Shown here: positions 1 to 9,013 of the stretch, piece by piece | Layout: every line of letters begins with the position of its first letter | Position numbering within the stretch: the first letter of the stretch is position 1 | Assembly (NCBI GenBank): GCA_004322275.1 | Contig: SCTA01000017.1 | Location: 11,595-75,594, forward strand | Direction: 5' to 3' | DNA: 64,000 nucleotides | From: a bacterium | Lineage (GTDB): Bacteria > Desulfobacterota > Deferrisomatia > Deferrisomatales > BM512 | Notes under the pieces: model-generated | What the model saw: the letters and a program-made list of their open reading frames with translations, nothing else | Databases searched by the model: none | Told to the model about the DNA's origin: nothing | Made by a program: the position numbers and the translations under genes

Positions 1-2
1 TC

Positions 3-755
3 TGGAAAAAGAACATGCTGATAAGCACCATCGCCGTCAGCGCCTTCGAGGACGTGGAGGTGGACGAGGAGGCGCTCGCCAAGCTGCGCGAGCGCGACGC
101 CCTGACCGCGATGATGGAGGAGCTTTCCGAATTCCTCCCCTCCGTCAAGGCCACCCTCATCGACGAGCGCGACAAGTACATGGCGGCGAAGATAAAAGGC
201 TCGGAAGGGCAGAACATCGTCGCCGTGGTCGGCGCTGGCCACATCCCCGGCATTTCGCGGCTTATCTACGAAGACATTCCCGACGCCGAGGTCGCGAAGC
301 TCGACGAAATACCCCCGAAGCCCCTTATCTCCGAAATACTTCCCTGGACGATACCGGCGCTCATCGTGGCGGTGTTGGTCGCCGGATTTTTCTTCGCCGA
401 CCCCGCCAAGCTGCAAAACGCTCTCTGGGCGCTGATTCTCGGCCCCGGAATACTCTCCGCCCTCGGCACGATAGCCGCTTTCGGCCACCCGGTTACGGTC
501 ATCAGCGCCTTTTTGTGCGCTCCGATAACGGTGCTCCACCCCGCCATAGGCGCGGGGATGGTGACCGGCGTGGTTCAGGCCTACGTCGGAAAGCCGAAGG
601 TCAAGGATCTGGAAAATCTCTGGGAGGAGCTTTCCCACTGGAAGGGCTGGTGGAAAAACCGGGTCAGCCGCATCTTCCTCGTCTTCATGTTCTCATCGTG
701 GGGGAGCGCGATGGGGGCGTTTATAGCCTTTAAGTGGCTTAAGGATTTGTTCTAA
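3..755 (+). CDS. TraB/GumN (PrgY-like) family protein, C-terminal part; the 5' end lies outside the window
   Basis: The frame stays open back to the window edge. The motif VAVVGAGHIPGI is followed by 3-4 hydrophobic helices, the typical TraB-family layout. Confidence 0.7.
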   Translation, partial: WKKNMLISTIAVSAFEDVEVDEEALAKLRERDALTAMMEELSEFLPSVKATLIDERDKYMAAKIKGSEGQNIVAVVGAGHIPGISRLIYEDIPDAEVAKLDEIPPKPLISEILPWTIPALIVAVLVAGFFFADPAKLQNALWALILGPGILSALGTIAAFGHPVTVISAFLCAPITVLHPAIGAGMVTGVVQAYVGKPKVKDLENLWEELSHWKGWWKNRVSRIFLVFMFSSWGSAMGAFIAFKWLKDLF

Positions 756-786
756 AACTTCACTATGTATCGTGAAGTCGGCTTCG

Positions 787-894
787 TCTTTTGCCGCGGG
801 GCTTCGTCGCTACTCGCTCGCGCTCCTTGACGTAGATACGCTACTGTCTGCGTCGCGCTCGCTGCGGGCTCCTTGCCCGGCGTCAAAATCCTTT
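787..894 (-). repeat. Diverged inverted copy of the intergenic repeat core
   Basis: The reverse complement reads ..caaggagcccgcagcgagcgcgacgcagacagtagcgtatctacg..gagcgcgagcgag.., alignable to the core of the copy at 919..1064. Confidence 0.6.
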
Positions 895-918
895 GCCGTG
901 TTTAAGACCTGCATTCCG

Positions 919-1064
919 GCATTATTGTTATACGTTGCTGGTGAAAACGCCGTCAGAAGCTCCGATTGCAAGGAGCCGCGCAGCGAAAGGACGAGGCAGT
1001 AGCAGCGCTACGGCGAGTCCTTGAGCGAGCACGCGACGCCGCAAGCGGACTTCTCACGGCGTTT
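919..1064 (+). repeat. Intergenic hairpin repeat, arm type I (direct-repeat partner of 2009..2154)
   Basis: This 146-nt copy is about 90 percent identical to 2009..2154 at a constant 1090-nt offset. The arms AAACGCCGTCAGAAG / CTTCTCACGGCGTTT are complementary. The core is gcagcgaaaggacgaggcagtagcagcgctacggcgagtccttgagcgag. Confidence 0.9.
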
Positions 1065-1069
1065 GTCCG

Positions 1070-1915
1070 TTACATCACCTCGAAATCGAAGGGGATCGTG
1101 TAGACCTTTCCCGCGCGCCTGAACTGCATCCAGAGCCGGTAACGGCCGGGGGAGGGGAAGGCGTGGGAGAAGATTATGCGCGAGCTTCCGGATGCCTGGT
1201 GATGCCCTCCGTGGCCCGAAGGTGTCTCGCTTTCGCCGGGGGACGCGAAATCTCCGTGGAGGTGCTCGGAAGCAGCGCTTTTTTCGCCGAAGAGCGCAAT
1301 GTGCGCTCCCGCGCCGAGATACGGCTCCAGATCGCCCACGGGCGCTCCGTTTTTCGAGAGATCGAAGGCGAATCGGACGGGGAAGCCGGATTTCGGCGTT
1401 TCGGGGCTTACCGAGAGCGATATTTCCGCATCGCCCGCCGCCGCCTTGCGGCGATAGTTCCAGCGGGTTTTCTCCTGCGCCGAACCCTTGACTTCAAGAG
1501 CCGATTCTTTGTGGACGGCGTTTCCTTCAAGCTGGAAATCCGAGCCCAGCCGGTATTTTCCCCCGGCGGGAAAGGTCATCCTGAGGTCGAACCTGCCCGT
1601 AGCTTTCAACTCCTCCGCACTGGCTCCGAAGTCCTCGGCGTGAAGGTGCTGGAACTCTTCGAGGTTGTCGCTGGCGAAAATGAAATGCGCCATCCGCTCG
1701 TGGCTGACCTCCATTCCCTTTGGCGGCTTCCCGCCTGGGTCAAGGATACGCACCGATATTCGGGCTTCTTTCCCGGCCTCGGGCGGCGACGGGACGGTTT
1801 CCACAGTGAAGAGATAAGCCGGGGGGCGTGAAGCTTCCGTGGAAGAAGCAAGGCAGAGCGCCGGGAAGAACGCACTCAGGGCGGCAAGAGTCGCAAAACA
1901 GCGAAAAAAACGCAT
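1070..1915 (-). CDS. Exported His-rich hypothetical protein (possible metal-binding Ig-like repeats)
   Basis: The internal Met gives the signal peptide MRFFRCFATLAALSAFFPALCLASS. Motifs HLHAEDF and HLHGDF recur in two similar halves, and a GHGGHH patch is present. I cannot assign a family with confidence. Confidence 0.55.
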   Translation of the reverse strand: MRFFRCFATLAALSAFFPALCLASSTEASRPPAYLFTVETVPSPPEAGKEARISVRILDPGGKPPKGMEVSHERMAHFIFASDNLEEFQHLHAEDFGASAEELKATGRFDLRMTFPAGGKYRLGSDFQLEGNAVHKESALEVKGSAQEKTRWNYRRKAAAGDAEISLSVSPETPKSGFPVRFAFDLSKNGAPVGDLEPYLGAGAHIALFGEKSAASEHLHGDFASPGESETPSGHGGHHQASGSSRIIFSHAFPSPGRYRLWMQFRRAGKVYTIPFDFEVM

Positions 1916-1974
1916 CTTTCCCCTTTTTCGGCGCGGACGGCGCCAGTTTGGACGGAACAAGACGGCGCGCAATG

Positions 1975-2005
1975 AAAAAGGCCACCCTGAAAGCGGCCTT
2001 TTTTT
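1975..2005. terminator. A/T-flanked hairpin between the phasin-like gene and the His-rich protein gene
   Basis: The sequence is AAAAAGGCC-11 nt loop-GGCCTTTTTTT. The GC part of the stem is weak. Confidence 0.4.
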
Positions 2006-2008
2006 AAT

Positions 2009-2154
2009 GCATTATTGTTATATGTTACTGGTGAAAACGCCGTCAGAAGCTCCGATTGCAAGGAGCCGCGCAGCGAAAGGACGAGGCAGTAGCAGCGCTA
2101 CGGCGAGTCCGGAAGCGAATCGCGACACCGCAAGCGGACTTCTCACGGCGTTTT
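2009..2154 (+). repeat. Intergenic hairpin repeat, arm type I
   Basis: This is the direct-repeat partner of 919..1064 and ends 3 nt from the stop codon of 2158..2475. Confidence 0.9.
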
Positions 2155-2157
2155 AGT

Positions 2158-2475
2158 CTAGTCCGTGCCCTCGTCCTCGTCGGGGGCCAGCCGCCTTTCC
2201 AGGTCTTCCACGCGGCAAACGAGTTCGTCGTACTCGGAGCGCTTGACGAAATCCACCTTCGCCATCAGTTCCCTGGCGTATTCCCCCGCCTTTGCCTCGA
2301 ATTCCTTGCGGGAGGCGTCGGCTTTTTCCATCAGTTCTTTCGCGAGCTTCTCCCCCTCTTCGCTCGACATGCGGCCCTGCTCGACGAGATCGTTTATGAT
2401 TACCCGCGCCTTTTGCTCGGAGAGGGTGAGCGCCCCTATGCCCGCGAGCATCGCCTTACGCATTATGTCCAGCAT
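2158..2475 (-). CDS. Phasin-like / PHA-granule regulator family small protein (COG3937-like)
   Basis: The sequence MLDIMRKAMLAGIGALTLSEQKA...SEEGEKL...VKRSEYDEL..RV..LE resembles phasin-family proteins. The start was chosen at the internal Met. Confidence 0.5.
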   Translation of the reverse strand: MLDIMRKAMLAGIGALTLSEQKARVIINDLVEQGRMSSEEGEKLAKELMEKADASRKEFEAKAGEYARELMAKVDFVKRSEYDELVCRVEDLERRLAPDEDEGTD

Positions 2476-2562
2476 GGAACATCTCTCCCTCCGTTCCCAA
2501 ATCAAGCTCTGGCTTTGTCGTCGCCATCCTGATTTATAAACGGAACTAACGTTTACATTCTA

Positions 2563-5211
2563 TCAACCGAGCTTCTTTGATACTTCGTCGTAAAAAGACT
2601 CAAGCGCTTCGTCTATCTTTGAAGGATCGCTCCCTCCGGCCTGCGCCAGTTCCGGCTTGCCCCCGCCCTTGCCGCCTACCAGCGCGGCGAGGGGGGCGAT
2701 AAGCTCTCCGGCCTTCAGCTTCGCGGTAAGGTCCGGGGTCACGCCTACGAGGATGACCGCCTTCCCGTCGGCTTCCGCGCCGAGGGCGAAGACGCCGCTT
2801 TTCAGCCTGTCTCTGAGGGTGTCGGCGAATTCGCGTATTCCCTTGGCGTCGGAAACGGGGGCGCGGGCGGAAAGTACGCTTATCCCCTTTATCTCCCTCT
2901 TGCCGGAAAGAATATCGCCGGAAGCGCCGCTTGCAAGTTTTCCGCGAAGGGCGGTTATCTCCCTTTCGAGGTCCCGAAGCTGCGCCTGTAGTTTCTTGAC
3001 CCTGTCGGGGGCGTCTTCGAGAGAGGCTTTCAGGGACTGGGCGACCTCTTCGAGGCTCTCTTCCACCTTCCAGAAGCGCTCCAGCGCCCTTTCGCCGGTC
3101 GCGCCCTCAATTCTGCGCACTCCCGCGGCGACGCCCGCTTCCGAAAGTATCTTGAAGGTGCCTATCTCTCCGGTGGACCCGGCGTGGGTTCCGCCGCAAA
3201 GCTCCGCCGAGACCTCTCCCATTCGCACGACGCGAACCGTGTCGGCGTATTTCTCCCCGAAGAGGGCGGTCACGCCGGTCTCGACCGCGACGCCGTATTC
3301 CTCCTCGGTGACCACCACCGGGTGGTTCTGGGCGGTCCAGCGGTTGACGATCTTTTCTACCTTGCGTATCTCTTCCTTTGTCATGGGGGCGAAGTGGCTG
3401 AAATCGAAGCGCATCCTGTCGGGGCCGACAAGCGAGCCCGCCTGCTTTACGTGGTCGCCGAGCACGTCCCGAAGGGCGGCCTGCAAAAGGTGAGTCGCGG
3501 AGTGGTTCTGCGCCGTGGCGAAGCGCGCGCCGGATTCAACCTTCGCCGAAGCCTCGTCCCCGGTCTTTAGCTCGCCCCGCGTCACGACGCCGTGAAGGAC
3601 GATGAGGTCGGGGAAGGGCTTTGTGGCGTTGTCTATGCGGACGTAAAAATCCTCGCCCTCAAGGCAGCCCCCGTCGCCCAGCTGGCCGCCGCTCTCGCCG
3701 TAGAAGGGGGATTCGGAAAGGGCTATCTCGACCTTAGCGCCGGTTCCGGCGCTGTCCGCGAGCTTGCCCTCGACGCCGATGGCCTTTACTTCGGCGCGGC
3801 TCTCCAGGGTTCCGTAGCCGGTGAAGGCGGTGATTACACCCTTGTCGCGCATCTCGCGGTAGAGGCCGCCTATCGTCTCCTCGCCGGAGCCCTTCCAGGC
3901 CCTTCTCGCCTTTTCCCTCTGCGCCTCCATCTCGCACTCGAAACCGGCCTCGTCAAGGAGTATCCCCCTGTCGCGCACTATGTCGGCGGTGAGATCCACC
4001 GGGAAGCCGAAGGTGTCGTAGAGGCGAAAAACCACCTCGCCCGAGAGCATCTTCGGCGTCTGCCCCTCCAGCTTCGCGACCTCACCCTCCAGAAGTTGAA
4101 GCCCCCTGTCGAGAGTCCTGATAAAACGCTCCTCCTCGTGGAGTATCACCCTCGCGACGTAGTCGCGCTTGTCCCGAAGGTCGGGGTAGCTCTCCTCCAT
4201 CGTGTCGATGACGACCTTGGCCGCCTTGTGGAAGAAGGGCTCGGTAAAGCCAAGGAGCCGCCCGTGGCGCATGGCGCGGCGCATCACCCGCCTGAGGACG
4301 TAGCCGCGCCCTTCGTTGGAGGGGAGGACGCCGTCGCCGATGAGGAAGACCGCGGAGCGGATGTGATCGGCGATAACGCGGAGGCTAACGTCGGATTCCT
4401 CTTTGTCGCCGTACCTGACCTTCGCGAGGGAGGCGGTGAAATCGATCATCGGGGAGAAGAGGTCGGAATCGTAGTTGTTGAGCTTTTTCTGGACAACCGA
4501 GGTCACGCGCTCCAGCCCCATGCCGGTGTCTATCGAAGGCTTGGGGAGGGGATTGAGCTTGCCGGAGGCGTCCCGCTCGAACTGCATGAAGACGAGGTTC
4601 CACAGCTCAAGGTAACGGTCGCAGTCGCACTGGGGGCCGCACGTATCCGGCTCGGGGCAGGGGTAGATGCCGGGCCCCTGATCGAAATGTATCTCGCTGC
4701 AGGGGCCGCAGGGGCCGGTGTCGCCCATCGCCCAGAAGTTGTCCTTCGCGCCGCAGCGCACTATGCGTTCGGCGGGGACCGGCGTAAGCTCCAGCCACAG
4801 CGCCATCGCCTCGTCGTCGTCGTCGTAGATCGTTACCCAGAGCCGTTCCGGATCGAGCCCGACTTCTTTTGTGAGAAATTCCCAGCCGAAGAGGATGGCG
4901 TCGCGCTTGAAGTAATCGCCGAAGCTGAAGTTTCCCAGCATCTCGAAGAAGGTGTGGTGGCGCGCCGTCCGCCCCACGTTTTCAAGGTCGTTGTGCTTGC
5001 CGGAAACGCGGAGGCATTTCTGACAGGAGGCCGCTCTCGTATAATCGCGCTTTTCAAGGCCGGTGAAAACGTCCTTGAACTGGTTCATCCCCGCGTTCGT
5101 AAAGAGCAGCGTGGGGTCGTTCTGGGGCACCAGCGACGAGCTTTGCACGACCCTGTGGCCCTTGCGCGAGAAATAATCCAGAAACAATTTCCGGATTGCG
5201 GCTCCGGTCAT
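2563..5211 (-). CDS. alaS: Alanine--tRNA ligase
   Basis: The protein is 882 aa. It has the class II core (FTNAGMNQFK), an editing domain with the HSATHLL and CGGTH motifs, and a C-terminal DHHA1-like tail. Confidence 0.97.
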   Translation of the reverse strand: MTGAAIRKLFLDYFSRKGHRVVQSSSLVPQNDPTLLFTNAGMNQFKDVFTGLEKRDYTRAASCQKCLRVSGKHNDLENVGRTARHHTFFEMLGNFSFGDYFKRDAILFGWEFLTKEVGLDPERLWVTIYDDDDEAMALWLELTPVPAERIVRCGAKDNFWAMGDTGPCGPCSEIHFDQGPGIYPCPEPDTCGPQCDCDRYLELWNLVFMQFERDASGKLNPLPKPSIDTGMGLERVTSVVQKKLNNYDSDLFSPMIDFTASLAKVRYGDKEESDVSLRVIADHIRSAVFLIGDGVLPSNEGRGYVLRRVMRRAMRHGRLLGFTEPFFHKAAKVVIDTMEESYPDLRDKRDYVARVILHEEERFIRTLDRGLQLLEGEVAKLEGQTPKMLSGEVVFRLYDTFGFPVDLTADIVRDRGILLDEAGFECEMEAQREKARRAWKGSGEETIGGLYREMRDKGVITAFTGYGTLESRAEVKAIGVEGKLADSAGTGAKVEIALSESPFYGESGGQLGDGGCLEGEDFYVRIDNATKPFPDLIVLHGVVTRGELKTGDEASAKVESGARFATAQNHSATHLLQAALRDVLGDHVKQAGSLVGPDRMRFDFSHFAPMTKEEIRKVEKIVNRWTAQNHPVVVTEEEYGVAVETGVTALFGEKYADTVRVVRMGEVSAELCGGTHAGSTGEIGTFKILSEAGVAAGVRRIEGATGERALERFWKVEESLEEVAQSLKASLEDAPDRVKKLQAQLRDLEREITALRGKLASGASGDILSGKREIKGISVLSARAPVSDAKGIREFADTLRDRLKSGVFALGAEADGKAVILVGVTPDLTAKLKAGELIAPLAALVGGKGGGKPELAQAGGSDPSKIDEALESFYDEVSKKLG

Positions 5212-5286
5212 TTGATCTCCCTTTCTTTACCGGGCCGCATTCAGGGCTCATTGCAAATGCGACTCGGTATGCCTGTTGATATATGG

Positions 5287-6441
5287 TTACTTTTTTTCTC
5301 CGGGTTTTTCGACCCCCGCCGGAGTGGCGGCGGCGGTGTCCTCGAAATTCTCCCACCTTGTGTCGCTCGTCGAACTTATGCCGGAAATCTTTAGCGCCAG
5401 GTCGTCCGGGTTGGAGGACTGGCGCATGGCTTCCTTGTAGGAAATGAGTTTGTTGCTGAGCAGCATCAGAAGCGACTGGTCGAAGGTCTGCATTCCGTAG
5501 GAGGTATACCCCTCCGATATCGCCTGCCGTATCTCCTTGGTCTTCTCCGGTATCTCTATGCACTCGCGTATCCTGCCGGTGGAGACCAGAACCTCTACCG
5601 CCGGGACGCGCCCGGCCCCGTCGATGCGCGTAACCAGCCGCTGGGAGACGATTCCCTTGATGATGGAGGCGAGCTGCAGGCGCACCTGCTTTTGCTGGTA
5701 GGGCGGAAAGACGGAGATGATGCGGTTTATCGTCTCGCCCGCGTCCACGGTGTGGAGGGTTGAAAGGACGAGGTGGCCCGTCTCGGCGGCGGTGAGCGCC
5801 GTCTCGATCGTCTCGAAATCGCGCATTTCGCCGACGAGAATAACGTCGGGGTCCTGCCGGAGGGCGCTTTTGAGCGCGCCGGAAAAGCTCAGGGTGTCAA
5901 ACCCCACCTCGCGCTGGTTGATTATCGATTTTTTGTCCCTGTGGAGGAACTCTATCGGGTCTTCGATGGTCATTATGTGGCGCGTGGCCGCGGCGTTTAT
6001 GTGGTCTATCATCGCCGCGAGGGTGGTCGATTTGCCGGAGCCGGTGGTGCCGGTAACCAGAATCAGCCCACGGGACTCCTCCGCGAGCTTTTCGACCACC
6101 TTCGGCAAAAAGAGCTGCCGGATGTTCTTTATTTCCGTGGGAATTACACGGAAGACCATGCCTATGGAGCCGCGCTGCTGGAAGATGTTCAGGCGGAAAC
6201 GCCCGAGCCCCGCCACCCCGTAACCCATGTCGATTTCCCGGTTCCGTTCAAAGACGTCCCGCTGGGTCTCGGTCATAAGTTCTGTCGCTAGGGCCGCCAG
6301 CATATCGGGCGTGAGACGCCCCGTCTCCCTGTGAGGAAAAAGCTGGCTGTTGCGCCGGAAGATAGGCGGAAGTCCGGCCTTGAAATGGATGTCGGAGGCG
6401 TTTGCCTCAACCGCCACTCGGAGGACTTCGTTCAGCTCCAT
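5287..6441 (-). CDS. pilT: PilT-family type IV pilus retraction-type ATPase (paralog 1)
   Basis: It has Walker A GTTGSGKST, Walker B ILVGEMRD and the His box GHLVLSTLHT. The N-terminal ASDIHF motif is also present. Confidence 0.88.
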   Translation of the reverse strand: MELNEVLRVAVEANASDIHFKAGLPPIFRRNSQLFPHRETGRLTPDMLAALATELMTETQRDVFERNREIDMGYGVAGLGRFRLNIFQQRGSIGMVFRVIPTEIKNIRQLFLPKVVEKLAEESRGLILVTGTTGSGKSTTLAAMIDHINAAATRHIMTIEDPIEFLHRDKKSIINQREVGFDTLSFSGALKSALRQDPDVILVGEMRDFETIETALTAAETGHLVLSTLHTVDAGETINRIISVFPPYQQKQVRLQLASIIKGIVSQRLVTRIDGAGRVPAVEVLVSTGRIRECIEIPEKTKEIRQAISEGYTSYGMQTFDQSLLMLLSNKLISYKEAMRQSSNPDDLALKISGISSTSDTRWENFEDTAAATPAGVEKPGEKK

Positions 6442-6444
6442 CCG

Positions 6445-7467
6445 TTACCCCTTTTCACCCGCCGGCTGGGCCGCTCCGGCGAAGCCGTAAACTTCCCGCA
6501 CCTTTTGTTCGACGGTTTTCACGATTTCAGGGTTTTCCTTCAGGAAACGCCGGGCGTTTTCCCTGCCCTGCCCTATCCTCGTCTCCTGATAGATGTACCA
6601 GGAACCCCGCTTCTCAACGATATCCTTTTCTACGGCGAGGTCAAGGACGTCGCCCTCCTTGCTTATGCCGGTGCCGTAGAGTATGTCGAACTCGGCCTTG
6701 CGGAAGGGCGGGGCGACCTTGTTCTTGACCACCGTGACCTTCGTCCTGCTCCCGACGGCCTCCTCGCCCTCCTTGAGGGAGCCGGTCCTCCTGATGTCGA
6801 GGCGCAGGGAGGCGTAAAACTTGAGGGCGTTGCCGCCGGTGGTGGTCTCAGGGTTCCCGAACATCACGCCGATCTTGTGGCGTATCTGGTTTATGAAGAT
6901 GAGGAGGGTGTTGGAGCGCGCCACCGTGGAGGTGAGCTTCCGGAGGGCCTGGCTCATCAGCCGGGCCTGCAGCCCCATGTGGCTGTCGCCCATCTCCCCT
7001 TCTATCTCGGCGCGGGGCACGAGTGCCGCCACCGAGTCGACCACCACTACGTCCACGGCGCCGCTACGGACTAGGACTTCCGTAATTTCGAGCGCCTGCT
7101 CGCCGCAATCGGGCTGGCTGACGAGAAGGTCCTCGACGTTTACCCCGAGCTTTTTCGCGTAGCCGATGTCGAGGGCGTGCTCGGCGTCGACGAAAGCCGC
7201 TATTCCGCCGTTTTTCTGCGCCTCGGCTATCGCGTGGAGCGCGAGTGTGGTCTTGCCGGAGGACTCGGGGCCGAATATCTCCATGACCCTGCCCTTCGGA
7301 TACCCGCCGACGCCCAGCGCCATGTCGAGCGAAAGGGAGCCGGTGGGAATCACCTCGATTCCCTTGGGCGTAGCGTTCTCGCCCATCCGCATTATCGAGC
7401 CCTTGCCGAACTGCTTCTCGATCTGGCCTATCGCCAGATTTACCGCTTCGTTTCTTTCCTTGCTCAT
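6445..7467 (-). CDS. recA: Recombinase RecA
   Basis: The motifs GPESSGKTT and [14 protein letters not shown] are present, with full-length similarity to RecA. Confidence 0.98.
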   Translation of the reverse strand: MSKERNEAVNLAIGQIEKQFGKGSIMRMGENATPKGIEVIPTGSLSLDMALGVGGYPKGRVMEIFGPESSGKTTLALHAIAEAQKNGGIAAFVDAEHALDIGYAKKLGVNVEDLLVSQPDCGEQALEITEVLVRSGAVDVVVVDSVAALVPRAEIEGEMGDSHMGLQARLMSQALRKLTSTVARSNTLLIFINQIRHKIGVMFGNPETTTGGNALKFYASLRLDIRRTGSLKEGEEAVGSRTKVTVVKNKVAPPFRKAEFDILYGTGISKEGDVLDLAVEKDIVEKRGSWYIYQETRIGQGRENARRFLKENPEIVKTVEQKVREVYGFAGAAQPAGEKG

Positions 7468-7487
7468 CGATGAATTTCCCTTTTCGT

Positions 7488-8054
7488 CTACCTTATCACC
7501 ACAGATACACGGGGTGTGTAGACAGCCCCCCCCGGCTGCAAATCACTCGTGTAAAGAATAACCTTTTCGACCCTCCACGAGGGCCCCTTGAAATCTTCCG
7601 CCGCCCCCAGCGCCTCTTTCACGCCGCCAAAGCGCTTTTCGCGCCTCACTCTGCCGATGGTGAGGTGAGGCTTGAAGGGCCTTCGCTCCGGCGTAAAGCC
7701 GAGCGGAAGCAGTCTTTTGTTTATTTCTTCCAGCAAGGCCGCCAGCGCCTTTACGTCGCCTCCGACCCCCGCGACCACCACTCTGGCCCTCTCGGGGAGG
7801 GGGAAAGCGCCCGCGCCCTCGGGATGAAGCTCGAAGGGGCCGCCGATGGCGAAACCTTCTTCGAGCGCCTTTCCTACGGCCTCGAACCTCTCCTCCTCTA
7901 TTTCGCCGAGGAAGAAGAGAGTCAGGTGTACGCTGTCCGTCTTCGTCCACTTAATGTCGCGCGCCAGCGGGCGAAGTTTTTTCTGGAGAACCTCCAGACT
8001 ATCCCTTACCGCGGGGGGCAATTCAAGGGCAATGAAGGAGCGGAGAAGTTTCAA
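7488..8054 (-). CDS. thpR: RNA 2',3'-cyclic phosphodiesterase (2'-5' RNA ligase family)
   Basis: It has two H-x-T-x motifs (HLTLFF and HLTIGR) at the spacing typical of the 2H phosphoesterase family. Confidence 0.85.
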   Translation of the reverse strand: MKLLRSFIALELPPAVRDSLEVLQKKLRPLARDIKWTKTDSVHLTLFFLGEIEEERFEAVGKALEEGFAIGGPFELHPEGAGAFPLPERARVVVAGVGGDVKALAALLEEINKRLLPLGFTPERRPFKPHLTIGRVRREKRFGGVKEALGAAEDFKGPSWRVEKVILYTSDLQPGGAVYTPRVSVVIR

Positions 8055-8542
8055 CCCTTTCTCCTCCTTTTTTCAGCGAAAACCGCCAGCCTGAGGAGCA
8101 CCTCTCCGGCGGCGCGAGCCTGCACCGCCGCGCGGTCACCCGAAAGGGAAAGAAGCTCGCTCGTAAGCCCTTCCGGCCCGCCCCAGGCTATCCACACGGT
8201 CCCAACGGGCTTTTCCGGGGTTCCCCCGCCGGGCCCGGCTATGCCGGTGACGGAAGCGGCGACCGTCGCCCCGTGGCGCTCCAGAAGCCCCCTGGCCATC
8301 GCGAGGGCGCACTCTTCGGAGACCTCTCCGTAAAGCCGGAAGATCTCGCCGGACACTCCCAGAAGTTCGGCCTTGGCCCTTTGGGAGTAGGTGACGAGCC
8401 CCCTGTCGAAGTATTCGGAACTCCCCGCCACGCCGGTGATCCGGCTCGCGATAAGCCCCCCCGTGCACGATTCGGCGAGCGCCAGCGTCTCGCCGGCGCC
8501 CGTCAGCGCTCTTTTGATTCTCTCTTCGGGCGAAAGAGGCAT
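8051..8542 (-). CDS. pncC: CinA C-terminal domain protein (nicotinamide-nucleotide amidohydrolase PncC-like)
   Basis: The sequence LALAESCTGGLIA...GIAGPGGGT...KPVGTV matches the CinA/PncC family. It overlaps thpR by 4 nt. Confidence 0.85.
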   Translation of the reverse strand: MPLSPEERIKRALTGAGETLALAESCTGGLIASRITGVAGSSEYFDRGLVTYSQRAKAELLGVSGEIFRLYGEVSEECALAMARGLLERHGATVAASVTGIAGPGGGTPEKPVGTVWIAWGGPEGLTSELLSLSGDRAAVQARAAGEVLLRLAVFAEKRRRKG

Positions 8543-8551
8543 GACCCGCTC

Positions 8552-9013
8552 CTACGCCAGTACGCCCAGCCAGGAGAGCGCGAGCAGCGCCAGCCTGGTG
8601 TATATGCCCGAAACCACATCGTCCAGAAGTATGCCGGCCCCTCCGGAAACGCTCCTGTCGAACCAGTTCGCGGGCCAGATCTTGATTATATCAAAGAGGC
8701 GGAATAAAAAAAACGCGGTCAGGTAGGACGCGGGCGTCGGCTTAAGGAAAGCGGTGGCGAACAAGAAGCCGACTATCTCGTCGAAGACTATCCAACCGGG
8801 GTCCTTGGCCGCGCCGAAACCCTCCGCCGCCCCGCAGACGTAGATGCCGAAGGGCAAGGAGAGGATCAGAAGAACACAAAGAAGCCAGGGAGGGAGGAGC
8901 GTTCCGGCAAGGGCGAGGGGTATGGCGGGCAGGGTCCCGAAAGTCCCGGAGATGAAGGGGGCGTACCCCGTCCCGAAGCCGGAAGCCAGAAGCCTGACCG
9001 GAAAGGAAGCCAT
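8552..9013 (-). CDS. pgpA: Phosphatidylglycerophosphatase A
   Basis: The internal Met gives 153 aa with GFGTGYAPFISGTFGTL...VFDEIVG...RLFDIIKIWP. The longer 310-aa ORF adds Arg-rich junk. The start overlaps the stop of the upstream gene by 1 nt. Confidence 0.85.
   Translation of the reverse strand: MASFPVRLLASGFGTGYAPFISGTFGTLPAIPLALAGTLLPPWLLCVLLILSLPFGIYVCGAAEGFGAAKDPGWIVFDEIVGFLFATAFLKPTPASYLTAFFLFRLFDIIKIWPANWFDRSVSGGAGILLDDVVSGIYTRLALLALSWLGVLA

Noticed and set aside
772-1002. Short ORFs are translated from the repeat elements. Others are at 45296..45526 and 57390..57614, which share ..ASSCPRSRARRSAAT.SPSR.GIPRR...
   Set aside because: Their similarity is explained by the DNA repeat itself. 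Frames and orientations are inconsistent between copies, and no RBS is present.
919-2154. I considered an integron-type gene cassette, with the 146-nt repeats acting as attC sites.
   Set aside because: I could not find RYYYAAC/GTTRRRY core sites at the repeat ends, and no integrase is nearby. The same repeat family sits next to many core genes such as dapF, livG and pirin.
3592-5394. A 600-aa ORF lies on the plus strand, with smaller ones at 2657..3493 and 3184..3570.
   Set aside because: It lies entirely antisense to the unambiguous alaS gene. The composition (Gly/Ala/Arg/Val-rich, no motifs) is typical of shadow ORFs in high-GC DNA.
7506-7520. The palindrome TACAC-N5-GTGTA lies about 40-55 nt upstream of recA and might be a LexA/SOS box.
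   Set aside because: It does not match any LexA box consensus I know (CTGT-N8-ACAG, GAAC-N4-GTTC, or the Geobacter GGTT..C....G...ACC type). It lies inside the last codons of thpR, and a 5-bp palindrome is expected by chance.
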